Source of the DNA: Tannockella kyphosi
GTDB taxonomy: Bacteria; Bacillota_I; Bacilli_A; Erysipelotrichales; Coprobacillaceae
Assembly (NCBI RefSeq): GCF_021054785.1
Contig: NZ_CP088239.1
Coordinates: 1,080,001-1,112,000, forward strand
Reading direction: 5' to 3'
Length of the DNA: 32,000 bases
A model generated the notes under the pieces. It searched no databases, was not told the origin of the DNA, and worked only from the letters and a program-made list of their open reading frames with translations. This document shows, one piece after another, positions 1 through 9,631 of the stretch (positions are counted from its first letter, which is position 1; the number at the start of each line of letters is the position of its first letter). Both the position numbers and the translations under genes were made by a program.

Positions 1-178
1 CATTTTCAATAGCAAAAGGCTTTGCAAAATGTTCTCCACGACCAGTAGCTATTGCTACAAAATGACCATTATCTCTTAGCTTTTGTAATGTTTTTTTTGT
101 TGATTCTAAAACAATTCCACCTGGATTTTGATTCGTAAGTGTTCCATCAATATCAAAAAATATATATTTCTTTTCCAT
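1..178 (-). CDS. HAD-superfamily (Cof-like) hydrolase, N-terminal part; gene runs off the window start
   Basis: Minus-strand translation from ATG (178-176) gives MEKKYIFFDIDGTLTNQNPGGIVLESTKKTLQKLRDNGHFVAIATGRGEHF..., with HAD motif I (DIDGT). The frame stays open to position 1. Confidence 0.8.
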   Translation of the reverse strand, partial: MEKKYIFFDIDGTLTNQNPGGIVLESTKKTLQKLRDNGHFVAIATGRGEHFAKPFAIEN

Positions 179-229
179 AATTTATCCTGATATACCTACA
201 ATGAAGTTATATATCTTTCCCCTTTTTGT

Positions 230-238
230 ATTATAACA
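230..238 (-). promoter_or_regulatory. Candidate extended -10 promoter (TGTTATAAT) for the HAD hydrolase gene
   Basis: Plus-strand attataaca reads TGTTATAAT on the minus strand, about 50 nt upstream of the ATG at 178. No convincing -35 element. Confidence 0.3.
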
Positions 239-278
239 AGATTCTATTAAAAAAGAAATAAATTACAAGAAATGAAAA

Positions 279-740
279 TTACTCTGTACTTTTTTGTTTT
301 ATTTCCGTTACTTCTTTTGATTCTTTATCAATAGTAACTTCATAATAATTAACACCATCACTTACAATAGCACTATATGTTCCTTCTTCTTCTTGATAAG
401 TGATATCACTAATAGTAGCTTGATCAAATTGTTCTAATGCTAAGTCACGTGCGGAATCTTCATCAAATTCTTCTTCTTGGATATCACTTAAATCTTTTGA
501 AATAATACTTCCATCACTTGCATCTACTTTTACATCATAGTTTTTTCCATCTTGTGTAATTGTAAATAAATAATGTGGTGTTTGATCATCTAAGTTTTCT
601 TGAAAACTTAGAACATCCCCATTAATTTGCTCTAATGCTTTTGTTTGAGCATCTTCTAGTGCCATCATTTCTGATTTACTACAAGCTGTTAATAAAACTA
701 AAAACAAAAAGAAACTTATTTTTTTAACTATATTTTTCAT
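279..740 (-). CDS. Secreted lipoprotein with two PepSY-like domains
   Basis: ORF 279..758. I moved the start to the ATG at 740-738 because AGGAG lies 8 nt upstream of it and falls inside the longer ORF. MKNIVKKISFFLFLVLLTAC is a signal peptide with lipobox LLTAC. Two repeats of the PepSY-type pattern follow (..DGKNYDVKVDASDGSIIS.. and ..DGVNYYEVTIDKESKEVTE..). Confidence 0.75.
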   Translation of the reverse strand: MKNIVKKISFFLFLVLLTACSKSEMMALEDAQTKALEQINGDVLSFQENLDDQTPHYLFTITQDGKNYDVKVDASDGSIISKDLSDIQEEEFDEDSARDLALEQFDQATISDITYQEEEGTYSAIVSDGVNYYEVTIDKESKEVTEIKQKSTE

Positions 741-793
741 ATAAAAATCTCCTTTCAATATAAGTATGGCTTGAAAGGAGAAAAAAATGTAAT

Positions 794-2524
794 TTATTGA
801 AATTGTCGATGAAATAAAGATGCATATTGTCCTTTATGATCTAATAAGGCTTGATGATTCCCATCTTCAATGATTCCATTTTCACCTAAAACCAGAATGC
901 GATCCGCATTTTGGATTGTTGTTAAACGGTGTGCAATCACTAATGTAGTTCTATTTTTAGCTAGTGATTCTAATGATTTTTGAACAACATGTTCACTTTC
1001 ATTATCTAATGCACTAGTTGCTTCATCAAAGATTAAAATTGGAGGATTTTTTAAAAATACTCTTGCTATTGATAAACGTTGTTTTTGACCACCAGATAAC
1101 TTAATACCACGTTGACCACAATCTGTATCATAACCATGTTCTAAGTCCATAATAAAATCATGAGCATTGGCTTTTTTAGCAGCTTCTATTACTTCTTGGT
1201 CTGTTGCATTTAAATTACCATAACGGATATTATCCATAATAGATCCTGCAAACAAATAAACATCTTGTTGTACAATACCAATATTATGACGTAATGAAGA
1301 AAGTGTAACATCTTCTATAGATTGCCCATCTATTTCTATTTTACCACTAGTTAATTCGTAGAATCTTGGTATTAGAGAACAAATAGTAGTTTTTCCAACA
1401 CCTGATGTACCAACAAAAGCAATATATTGTCCTGCTTTAATATCTAAATTAATATTTTTTAGAACATAATCCATTTTATCATTATAACGGAAAAATACAT
1501 TTTCAAAATGAATACTTCCTGTAACATCATGTAATAGCTTAGCATCTTTTTTATCTTGGATTTCAGGTTCTACTTCCATAATTTCCATAAAACGATCAAA
1601 ACCAGCTGCACCTTCTTGGAATTGTTCTGTAAAGTTAATTAGTTTTTTAATAGGATCCGTTAGATTTGTTATGTATAACATAAATGCTACTAAATCAGAA
1701 ATATCTAAACTCCCCTTTGCTACATATAAAGAACCAAAGAAAATAACTACTAAAGAAATAGAACTAATAAAAACACCCAACCCTCCATGATATTTTCCCA
1801 TGTAAGAATAACTGTTATCTTTACTTGCTACATATTGACTATTTGAATGATGAAATTTTTCCATTTCTCTTTGTTCATTCGCAAAACTTTTTACAACACG
1901 AATACCTGATAAATTATCTTCAATAGTCTCATTAATATTACCAATCGTTTCTTTGTTACGTTTAAATGCACGTTTCATTTTACGATTATAATAGAAAGCA
2001 AAAAGTATCATTGCAGGAATAAAAGCAAAAATAATGAAAGTAAGTTGAACATGAATCGTTAATAAAATAAGGAAAGCTCCTACAAACTTAACAAGACTAA
2101 TAATAAGGTCTTCTGGACCATGGTGCCACAATTCTGTTAAAGAAAACAAATCATTTGTAATACGTGACATTAACTGTCCTGTTTTTTGTTCATCATAAAA
2201 ACCAAATGATAATTTTTGATAATGACTAAACATTTCATTACGTAAATCTCTTTCCATATAAGCACCCATTACATGTCCTTGATATGCTATAAAATAATTA
2301 CATAATCCTTCAATAACAATAGCTATTAATAAAAATAAAGATAATTTATAAATAATTGTTACTTCTACTACTTCTTCTAATAAGACAACACCTGTTATAT
2401 ATCTTATAATAAGTGGATATAATAAAGTGATAGAACTTGCTACAAAAGCACAGAACATATCTTGACTAAATAGTTTTAAGTATGGTCGATAATACGACAA
2501 AAACTTTTTCATTCTTCTAAACAT
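794..2524 (-). CDS. ABC exporter, fused permease/ATP-binding protein (MsbA/multidrug-exporter type)
   Basis: 576 aa with an N-terminal multi-TM domain. Walker A GTSGVGKT, ABC signature LSGGQKQR, Walker B ILIFDEATS. RBS GAGGGGGA 5 nt before the ATG. Confidence 0.9.
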   Translation of the reverse strand: MFRRMKKFLSYYRPYLKLFSQDMFCAFVASSITLLYPLIIRYITGVVLLEEVVEVTIIYKLSLFLLIAIVIEGLCNYFIAYQGHVMGAYMERDLRNEMFSHYQKLSFGFYDEQKTGQLMSRITNDLFSLTELWHHGPEDLIISLVKFVGAFLILLTIHVQLTFIIFAFIPAMILFAFYYNRKMKRAFKRNKETIGNINETIEDNLSGIRVVKSFANEQREMEKFHHSNSQYVASKDNSYSYMGKYHGGLGVFISSISLVVIFFGSLYVAKGSLDISDLVAFMLYITNLTDPIKKLINFTEQFQEGAAGFDRFMEIMEVEPEIQDKKDAKLLHDVTGSIHFENVFFRYNDKMDYVLKNINLDIKAGQYIAFVGTSGVGKTTICSLIPRFYELTSGKIEIDGQSIEDVTLSSLRHNIGIVQQDVYLFAGSIMDNIRYGNLNATDQEVIEAAKKANAHDFIMDLEHGYDTDCGQRGIKLSGGQKQRLSIARVFLKNPPILIFDEATSALDNESEHVVQKSLESLAKNRTTLVIAHRLTTIQNADRILVLGENGIIEDGNHQALLDHKGQYASLFHRQFQ

Positions 2525-2551
2525 ATAATTCCCCCTCTAAATACTTACTAC

Positions 2552-2579
2552 ATTGTACATCATTTTTTGTGATAATCAA
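2552..2579 (-). promoter_or_regulatory. Candidate sigma-A promoter of the ABC exporter gene (-35 TTGATT, 16-nt spacer, -10 TACAAT)
   Basis: On the minus strand, TTGATT (2579-2574) and TACAAT (2557-2552) sit about 28 nt upstream of the ATG at 2524. Confidence 0.4.
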
Positions 2580-2735
2580 CAAGAATACTTTTTATTGTAT
2601 GTAATACATCATTTTTCTACTCCTAATGAGCAAAATAAGAATATCTGTATAAATATAGTTACCTTCTTTTAGAATTTTATCAAAATAAGATATCCTACAA
2701 GATGCTCATAACAAAAAAAATAATCATAAAATAAT

Positions 2736-2778
2736 AAAGCACTAATTATCCTATACACATTAGGACAACTAGTGCTTT
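2736..2778 (-). terminator. Rho-independent terminator after the Wzz/BY-kinase genes
   Basis: AAAGCACTA ... TAGTGCTTT 9-bp stem with an inner TCCTA/TAGGA stem. On the minus strand it is followed by a T-rich run (plus-strand A9 at 2712-2720). It lies 60 nt downstream of the kinase stop. Confidence 0.6.
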
Positions 2779-2837
2779 ACTCGATTTTCTTTATAAGTTC
2801 TTATAACATAGACTATGGAAGTCTATCCTTTTTAACT

Positions 2838-3551
2838 TTATTCGTATGAATATCCTTTTCCATATTTCTTACTATAACCAAAACTTGCTTCTTTATATCC
2901 ACGGTATACGATACCCAATATTTTAGCATTTACAAATTTTAGTTGATAAATAGCATGATTTAATGCTTTCTTTTCACTATAGTCTTGTCTACTTACAATA
3001 ACCATTCCATCTGTATATTTAGATACAATAACTGGATCTGATACTACAGATACTGGAGGTAAGTCTACTATAATATAATCATATTCTTCTTTTAGTACTT
3101 CTAATACTTTCTTCATACTATTTGAATTTAGTAATTCAGCAGGATTAGGTGGAATGGGTCCACTAAATATAAAGTTTAGATTTGAGAATGTTTTATCTGA
3201 TACGATGCATGATACTGTATTTTTTTGGACACCTGTTAAGATGGATGATAATCCATCTTTCATTGATACTTTTAAGTATTTAGAAACACTAGGTAATCGC
3301 ATATCTGCTTCGATAAATAATACTTTTTTATTTGTCTCTGCTAGAGCATATGCTAGGTTAATACTTGTTGCAGTTTTACCTTCTCCTTTTATTGCACTAG
3401 TAATACCAATAACTGGACATTTTATATCTTCTGTAAAAGAGAAGTCAATGTTTGTACGTAACATCTTATACGCTTCTGTTATTGCAAAAGGAATATTAGG
3501 ATAAATAAATCTTGCATCAACAGTATCACTTACTTTATTTAGTTTCGCCAT
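2838..3551 (-). CDS. Capsule/EPS BY-tyrosine kinase (CpsD/CapB/EpsB/YwqD family)
   Basis: 237 aa. Walker A GEGKT, Walker A' FIEADMRLP, Walker B IIVDLPP. C-terminal tyrosine cluster YRGYKEASFGYSKKYGKGYSYE. Immediately follows its Wzz-like partner with a 1-nt gap. Confidence 0.9.
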   Translation of the reverse strand: MAKLNKVSDTVDARFIYPNIPFAITEAYKMLRTNIDFSFTEDIKCPVIGITSAIKGEGKTATSINLAYALAETNKKVLFIEADMRLPSVSKYLKVSMKDGLSSILTGVQKNTVSCIVSDKTFSNLNFIFSGPIPPNPAELLNSNSMKKVLEVLKEEYDYIIVDLPPVSVVSDPVIVSKYTDGMVIVSRQDYSEKKALNHAIYQLKFVNAKILGIVYRGYKEASFGYSKKYGKGYSYE

Positions 3552-3552
3552 T

Positions 3553-4287
3553 TTATCTATTTCCTATCTTTGTTTTCTTTTTACCATAGTATGAAGTATT
3601 TGCTCCATCTTCCGGAATAAATGCCAGTATTGGATAATCAATTGTTTGTGTAATATAGTCTTCACTTCGAATCGTGTTATCAAATAATGCTGCTACAACG
3701 ATAATCCCTACTGCAATAACTAATCCAAGCATAGCACCCATTATCGTATCTTTTGATGTACTTGGTGATGATTGACTTACGGGTGTTACCGCATAATCTA
3801 CAATACGTACATCACTACCATCTACTACATTTGAAATAGATTCAGGCAATACTAGTCCTATTGTATTAGCGATAGCAGATGCATCGCTAGGAGATTCACT
3901 GGTAACAGTTACACTAAATACTTCTGTACTATTTACTGATGCTGCACTAATCATACTTACCATTTCAGTATATGTATAATCAAAGTTTCCTTCATCTATA
4001 ATTTCATTAATCGTTGTTCTTGTTTGTAAGATTACTATATATGTTTCTATTAAGCTTTGAGCAGCTGATAATTCTCCACTAGAAATACTATAAGAAGTAC
4101 TTCCTAAAGAAAACGTACTATTATTTACATATAGTTTTACATCTGCTTGATATAAAGGTGTCTTTGCATAGCTACTATAGCTATACATCGTAGCTGCTCC
4201 TAGAATAATAGCTATCATAATAATCCAGCCTTTATTTAACAATGCTTTTAATAATATCTTTAAGTCTATTGTTATTTCTTCTTCCAT
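3553..4287 (-). CDS. Wzz-type polysaccharide chain-length modulator / kinase transmembrane activator (CpsC/CapA/YwqC family)
   Basis: 244 aa with an N-terminal TM (GWIIMIAIILGAATMY) and a C-terminal TM (GAMLGLVIAVGIIVVAAL) flanking an extracytoplasmic loop. Positioned directly before the BY-kinase. RBS AAGGGG. Confidence 0.85.
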   Translation of the reverse strand: MEEEITIDLKILLKALLNKGWIIMIAIILGAATMYSYSSYAKTPLYQADVKLYVNNSTFSLGSTSYSISSGELSAAQSLIETYIVILQTRTTINEIIDEGNFDYTYTEMVSMISAASVNSTEVFSVTVTSESPSDASAIANTIGLVLPESISNVVDGSDVRIVDYAVTPVSQSSPSTSKDTIMGAMLGLVIAVGIIVVAALFDNTIRSEDYITQTIDYPILAFIPEDGANTSYYGKKKTKIGNR

Positions 4288-4399
4288 GTTTACCCCTTTT
4301 CAATATTTTTTATAAATCATACCATTTTAGTATGTATTATAATATCTTTGCCATTATAGCAACAATGCATTGCTGATGCAATGTTTATTGCATCTATAT

Positions 4400-6088
4400 T
4401 TAGACTAATCTTTCTTTTAACGCTGTTAGTTTTCTAGTAGCCATGATACTAGCAGCTTCTCTATTTTCTGCATTTACAGAAATATATAGTTTTATTTTAG
4501 GTTCCGTTCCTGAAGGTCTAACAATAATAGAGTTATTTCCTTCTAGAACAAACTTTAATACATCTGATTTAGGTAAACCATTTAAACCACCATTATAATC
4601 AACTAATTCTAAGACTTTTTTAGTACCTATTGCATCAATACCACAACGCATATCTTTCATGATATTTTGCATTTTTTTAAATCCTTGTGATCCTTCAAAT
4701 TCAAAAGAATATAAAGTGTTATAAGAATAACCAAATTCTTCATATAAGTCTTCTAATATATCTAATAAAGTTAATCCTAAAGATTCATAATAGGCGAACA
4801 TTTCACATATTAAGAATGCTCCATTTACTGCATCTTTATCTCTAACATAAGGACCACTTAAATAACCATAACTTTCTTCAAAACCAAAAATATAAGAATC
4901 CATATTTCCTTCTTTTTCTAAGATACCTATTTGTTCTCCAATAAACTTAAATCCTGTTAGTACATCAATTGTACGTACTCCATAAGATTTAGCAATTACT
5001 TCTGCCATATCAGTACTTACAATCGTCTTTACTAATACTGGATCTTTTGGCATTGTTTTTAAAGCAACACGTCTTCTACATATATAATCTAATAATAAGA
5101 TACCTACTTCATTACCACTTAGTAATACTAATTCTCCTTTAAAGTCTCTTACTGCTATACCTACTCGATCACAATCAGGATCAGTGGCTAATACTAAATC
5201 AGCATCATATTTCTTTGCATATTCAATACCTAGTTGTAATGTCTCTTTTATTTCTGGATTAGGATATGGACATGTTGTAAAGTTTCCATCTGGTTGTTCT
5301 TGTTCTTTTACTACTTTTATATTTGTATATCCACCCTCACTGAGAGCACGAATGACAGGTTTTAACCCTGCACCATGTAGTGGTGTATATACGATAGATA
5401 TATTCTTATCTACTTGATGATTTCCTAATAATGATTGATTTAATACTTCTTTTGTATAGTTAGTATATATATCATCAGATATATATTGTATTTTAGAAGT
5501 AGATAGTCCTTCATTGAAATCTAGATTCTTTACATCCTTGAAGACATCTGTTGCTTGTATTTCTTTATAGATAAGTGTTGCTGCTTGGGTAGTTATTTGA
5601 CATCCATCCGCACCATATACTTTATATCCGTTATATTTAGCTGGGTTATGTGATGCAGTAATTATGATACCAGAAGCACAGTTTAATTCTCTTAGGGCAT
5701 AAGATAAACATGGTGTAGGCATTAATTCTTTGAAGATATGTGCAGTAATACCATTGGCTGCAAATACTCCTGAAGATACTTCAGCGAATTCTTTAGACAT
5801 GTTACGAGAATCGTAACATACGGCTATTTTCCAGTCTTTTGGTTGGAAGTTTTGTTTTACGTAGTTTGCAAGTCCTTGTGATACTTTAGCTACTGTATAA
5901 ATGTTTAATCTATTTGTACCAGCACCTAATACACCACGAAGACCACCTGTACCGAATTCTAATTCTTTATAAAATGCATCTTCTATTTTTGTTTCATTAT
6001 TTTCAATGCTTTTTAATTCTTTTATTACTGTTTGATCTGTTGCTTTTTCTAACCATAATTGATAATTTTTGTTGATGAATTCTTTCAT
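4400..6088 (-). CDS. Phospho-sugar mutase (phosphoglucomutase/phosphomannomutase family, PgcA-like)
   Basis: Active-site motif TASHNPAKYNGYK. ORF 4400..6118 trimmed to the ATG at 6088-6086, which is preceded by AAGGGGA. Operon context with manC/fcl/gmd suggests the phosphomannomutase role. Confidence 0.85.
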   Translation of the reverse strand: MKEFINKNYQLWLEKATDQTVIKELKSIENNETKIEDAFYKELEFGTGGLRGVLGAGTNRLNIYTVAKVSQGLANYVKQNFQPKDWKIAVCYDSRNMSKEFAEVSSGVFAANGITAHIFKELMPTPCLSYALRELNCASGIIITASHNPAKYNGYKVYGADGCQITTQAATLIYKEIQATDVFKDVKNLDFNEGLSTSKIQYISDDIYTNYTKEVLNQSLLGNHQVDKNISIVYTPLHGAGLKPVIRALSEGGYTNIKVVKEQEQPDGNFTTCPYPNPEIKETLQLGIEYAKKYDADLVLATDPDCDRVGIAVRDFKGELVLLSGNEVGILLLDYICRRRVALKTMPKDPVLVKTIVSTDMAEVIAKSYGVRTIDVLTGFKFIGEQIGILEKEGNMDSYIFGFEESYGYLSGPYVRDKDAVNGAFLICEMFAYYESLGLTLLDILEDLYEEFGYSYNTLYSFEFEGSQGFKKMQNIMKDMRCGIDAIGTKKVLELVDYNGGLNGLPKSDVLKFVLEGNNSIIVRPSGTEPKIKLYISVNAENREAASIMATRKLTALKERLV

Positions 6089-6148
6089 ATTATTATCCCC
6101 TTTCATTTTATATACCAAAAACCCGCTATGATACCCATAGCAGGTGTA

Positions 6149-7465
6149 TTACATAGGGAAATCGTATTTAGTCTTATCTTCTACCGATAATTCTTTACCG
6201 ATTTGCACCTCAATTAATTCTAATTCAGTGTTCGCTATTACTGTATGTTTGCATCCTGCTTTTATGCTTATTATATCACCCATAGTAATATCTTTTTTGA
6301 TACCATCTAAGATCACTACTCCTTGGCCTGATATAACTGTCCATACTTCATCTCTAAATTCATGACTATGATAGTTCATTCTATTACCGTTCTGTAAAGT
6401 AACTTTAATAGTTAAACTTTCTTTAGTTACATCTACTATGCGGAAATTTCCCCATGATTTTTCTGCAAACATAATTCGTTGATGAATGTTTTCTACGAAC
6501 GGTTTAATATAACTTGATTGTTCTTTATCAGATACTAATACTCCTTCAAGACTAGCTGATATTACCACATCTTTTAGTCCCATACATAGTATTGGTACAT
6601 TAAGTTCATTTAGAACATGAACGTTTTCACATTCATTATTCATAATGGCTTCACCTATACTAGGACTATTCATTGCTTCTGTTAAAGTATTCCAAGTCCC
6701 TAAATCTTTCCATTCTCCTGAAAAACGCATTACATTAATTTTTTCTTCATGTTCGACTACTGCATAGTCGAAACTGATTTTTTCTAATGTATCGTATTTA
6801 GAAAATAGATCTTGATAATCTATAAAATCAATAAGTTCATGAGCACGATTTAACATATAGCCTAGTTTAAAGGCAAATACTCCACCATTCCATAAAGCTC
6901 CTTGTTCTATATATTCTTTCGCTAATTCTGTTGAAGGCTTTTCTCTAAATAAATCTACTTTACTTACATTTTGTTTATCTTTAGGAATAATATATCCATA
7001 CTTTTCACTAGGATAAGTAGGTTCAATTCCCATTAATACCATATTTGCACTACTAGTTTTAGCACATTCACTAAGATCTTCTAATGTCTGAAAGTAAGGT
7101 AATTCTACATATGGATCTACTGGACATACCACTACCACTTCATCTTCTGATATTCCACGACAATCTTTTAAATACGACGCGGCTAATGCAATAGCCGGAA
7201 AAGTATCTCTTCGACAAGGTTCAACACAAACACCAACTTCTTTACCTAATTGATTTTTAATAGCTGAAACTTGTGACTTAGAAGTAGCGATAGTGATGTT
7301 TGCATCACTATCTACTTCTTTTATTTGTCGATAGACTCTTTGGACCATTGATTCATATTGTTGATCTTCTGTTTCAAACATTTTAATGAATTGTTTGGAA
7401 CGAATATCGTTTGATAGTGGCCATAAACGTTTTCCACTTCCTCCTGATAATAATACAATATTCAT
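6149..7465 (-). CDS. manC: Mannose-1-phosphate guanylyltransferase with C-terminal cupin domain
   Basis: N-terminal nucleotidyltransferase motif LLSGGSGKRLWPLS. C-terminal cupin (..GCKHTVIANTELELIEVQIG..). 438 aa. RBS AGAGGA. Confidence 0.9.
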   Translation of the reverse strand: MNIVLLSGGSGKRLWPLSNDIRSKQFIKMFETEDQQYESMVQRVYRQIKEVDSDANITIATSKSQVSAIKNQLGKEVGVCVEPCRRDTFPAIALAASYLKDCRGISEDEVVVVCPVDPYVELPYFQTLEDLSECAKTSSANMVLMGIEPTYPSEKYGYIIPKDKQNVSKVDLFREKPSTELAKEYIEQGALWNGGVFAFKLGYMLNRAHELIDFIDYQDLFSKYDTLEKISFDYAVVEHEEKINVMRFSGEWKDLGTWNTLTEAMNSPSIGEAIMNNECENVHVLNELNVPILCMGLKDVVISASLEGVLVSDKEQSSYIKPFVENIHQRIMFAEKSWGNFRIVDVTKESLTIKVTLQNGNRMNYHSHEFRDEVWTVISGQGVVILDGIKKDITMGDIISIKAGCKHTVIANTELELIEVQIGKELSVEDKTKYDFPM

Positions 7466-7479
7466 TGTCTTATCCTCTT

Positions 7480-8421
7480 TTATCTTTCAGCTCTTACTTC
7501 ATTATTTAAGAAATCTTGATAAGATAATTCTATTCCTTGTTCTAATGTAGTAGTAGCTTTCCAACCTAAGTTTTCTAATTTACTAACATCTAATAACTTA
7601 CGAGGTGTTCCATCAGGTTTATTTGTATCCCATAAGATTTCCCCTTGATATCCAGTAGTCTTAGCAACTAGTTGTGTTAATTCTTTAATAGATAACTCTT
7701 GTCCTGAACCTAAGTTTACTGTTTCATTCCCTTCATAGTTATCCATTAAAAAGATACAAGCTTCTGCTAAATCATCTACATATAAGAATTCACGTAAAGG
7801 AGTTCCTGTTCCCCAACAAGTAACTGTTTCTACATTATTCTCTCTTGCTTCATGGAAACGTCTAATTAGTGCTGGTAATACATGAGAATGTTCTGGATGA
7901 TAGTTATCATTAGGCCCATATAAATTTGTAGGCATAGCACTAATAAAATTCGTGTTATACTGACGATTTAAATATTCACAATATTTTAACCCACTTATCT
8001 TCGCAAGTGCATAAGCCTCATTTGTAGGCTCTAATGCACTTGTAAGTAAGCATGTTTCTTTCATTGGTTGTGTTGCAAGTCTTGGATAAATACATGATGA
8101 ACCTAAGAATAATAATTTCTTACAGTTATTTTTCCATGCTGCATTAATCACATTCATTTCTAATAAAATATTATCATACATAAAATCTGCTAAGTGTAAA
8201 CTATTTGCGATAATTCCCCCTACTTTAGCAGCAGCTAAGAATACGTATTCAGGTTTTTCTTTTTCAAAAAATTCCTCTACATCAGCTTGTCTTCTTAAAT
8301 CCAATTCTTTTGATGTTCTAGTAATAATATTTGTATAACCACTCGCAACTAAATTTCTCATAATTGCAGAACCAACCATACCCCTATGTCCGGCTATATA
8401 TATTTTCGCATTCTTTTCCAT
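7480..8421 (-). CDS. fcl: GDP-L-fucose synthase (GDP-4-keto-6-deoxymannose 3,5-epimerase/4-reductase)
   Basis: 313 aa short-chain dehydrogenase fold. [13 protein letters not shown] Rossmann motif and typical Fcl length. Sits directly downstream of gmd. Confidence 0.9.
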   Translation of the reverse strand: MEKNAKIYIAGHRGMVGSAIMRNLVASGYTNIITRTSKELDLRRQADVEEFFEKEKPEYVFLAAAKVGGIIANSLHLADFMYDNILLEMNVINAAWKNNCKKLLFLGSSCIYPRLATQPMKETCLLTSALEPTNEAYALAKISGLKYCEYLNRQYNTNFISAMPTNLYGPNDNYHPEHSHVLPALIRRFHEARENNVETVTCWGTGTPLREFLYVDDLAEACIFLMDNYEGNETVNLGSGQELSIKELTQLVAKTTGYQGEILWDTNKPDGTPRKLLDVSKLENLGWKATTTLEQGIELSYQDFLNNEVRAER

Positions 8422-8431
8422 ACTTATCTCC

Positions 8432-9478
8432 CTAAGCTTTTTTCATTGCAGCTTGTTTTTTCGCTAATTCTAAATCATGTTTAGCCATAATTTCTACTAA
8501 CTCATGGAAACTAGTTGATTGTGGATTCCAATTTAAAACTGTTTTAGCTTTCGTAGGATCTCCCCATAAGTTATCAACATCTGTAGGTCTAAACCATTTT
8601 TCATTTACTTCTACTAATACTTTACCAGTAGCTGTATCAATACCTTTTTCATCAATACCTTCCCCTTCAAAACGTAATTCAATACCTATTGCTTTGAATG
8701 TTTCATATGTGAATTCACGTACTGTATGTTGTTCTCCTGTTGCAATAACGAAATCCTCTGGTGTATCATGTTGTAACATTAACCACATACACTCTACATA
8801 ATCCTTCGCATAACCCCAGTCACGTAAAGAATCTAAGTTTCCTAAATGTAAAACATCTTGAATACCACAAGCTATTCTACCTGCAGCTAATGTGATTTTA
8901 CGAGTAACAAATGTTTCTCCACGTCTTTCTGATTCATGATTAAATAAAATACCATTTACTGCAAACATGTTATATGCTTCTCTATATTCTTTTGTCATCC
9001 AGAAACCATATTGTTTTGCAACCGCATATGGGCTATATGGATAGAAAGGAGTAGTTTCTCTTTGAGGAACTTCAACTACTTTTCCATATAATTCAGATGT
9101 AGATGCTTGATAGATTCTACATGTTTCAATCATTCCTAAGATACGTACTGCTTCTAATACTCTAAGTACACCTAAAGCATCTACATCCCCCGAATACTCA
9201 GGAGAATCAAAACTAACGCCTACATGGCTTTGTGCCGCTAAATTATAAATTTCATCTGGTTTAACAATTGTTAAAATACGAATAATACTCGATGTATCCG
9301 TTAAATCTCCATCATGTAAAGTAATTGAATTTGCTTCAATTAAATGATCAATTCTTGGAGTATTAGCGATTGATGCACGACGTACGATACCATGTACCTC
9401 ATACCCTTTCTCTAATAAAAACTCTGCTAAATAAGAACCATCTTGTCCTGTTATACCTGTTATCAATGCTTTTTTCAT
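8432..9478 (-). CDS. gmd: GDP-mannose 4,6-dehydratase
   Basis: 348 aa. Hallmark N-terminus [33 protein letters not shown] and conserved ..[20 protein letters not shown]... Confidence 0.95.
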   Translation of the reverse strand: MKKALITGITGQDGSYLAEFLLEKGYEVHGIVRRASIANTPRIDHLIEANSITLHDGDLTDTSSIIRILTIVKPDEIYNLAAQSHVGVSFDSPEYSGDVDALGVLRVLEAVRILGMIETCRIYQASTSELYGKVVEVPQRETTPFYPYSPYAVAKQYGFWMTKEYREAYNMFAVNGILFNHESERRGETFVTRKITLAAGRIACGIQDVLHLGNLDSLRDWGYAKDYVECMWLMLQHDTPEDFVIATGEQHTVREFTYETFKAIGIELRFEGEGIDEKGIDTATGKVLVEVNEKWFRPTDVDNLWGDPTKAKTVLNWNPQSTSFHELVEIMAKHDLELAKKQAAMKKA

Positions 9479-9530
9479 TTCTATTCCTACCTTTTCACTA
9501 TGCTTTCTTTAATCTATGCCATTATATGTA

Positions 9531-9609
9531 CTTTTTTAACAAAAAGTAATGCATTATGTTGCAAAGTTCTAGCATTATATTGACTTTTATATTATAATCC
9601 TACTAATAT
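9531..9609. promoter_or_regulatory. Divergent promoter/operator region between gmd and araC
   Basis: Plus strand: direct repeat GCATTAT at 9551-9557 and 9572-9578 (21-bp spacing) abuts -35 TTGACT (9580-9585), with candidate -10 TAATAT at 9604-9609 (18-nt spacer). Minus strand: TATAAT (9536-9531) could serve the gmd operon. Confidence 0.4.
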
Positions 9610-9631
9610 AATATGAAATAGGAGAACCACT

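Noticed and set aside
741-758. Longer N-terminal extensions given by the ORF track for several genes (758, 6118, 16504, 30147)
   Set aside because: In each case an internal ATG is preceded at 5-10 nt by a strong GGAG-type RBS that lies inside the extension, and the extension adds no family-typical residues. The trimmed starts are 740, 6088, 16480 and 30135.
3154-3504. Antisense or embedded ORFs in the six-frame track: 3154..3504+, 5184..5417+, 6144..6365+, 13651..13845+, 14152..14571+, 14236..14421-, 15487..15735+, 15788..16006+, 15796..15984-, 16828..17064+, 17443..17694+, 20957..21190+, 21332..21529+, 23875..24105+, 24026..24226+, 24223..24453+, 26339..26542+, 26729..26989-, 29082..29297+, 31506..31703+
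   Set aside because: Each lies entirely inside a longer ORF with clear family motifs, on the opposite strand or in another frame. Their translations are low-complexity (Ile/Phe/Lys/Asn-rich), have no recognisable motifs and lack RBS signals. Such shadow ORFs are expected in AT-rich DNA.
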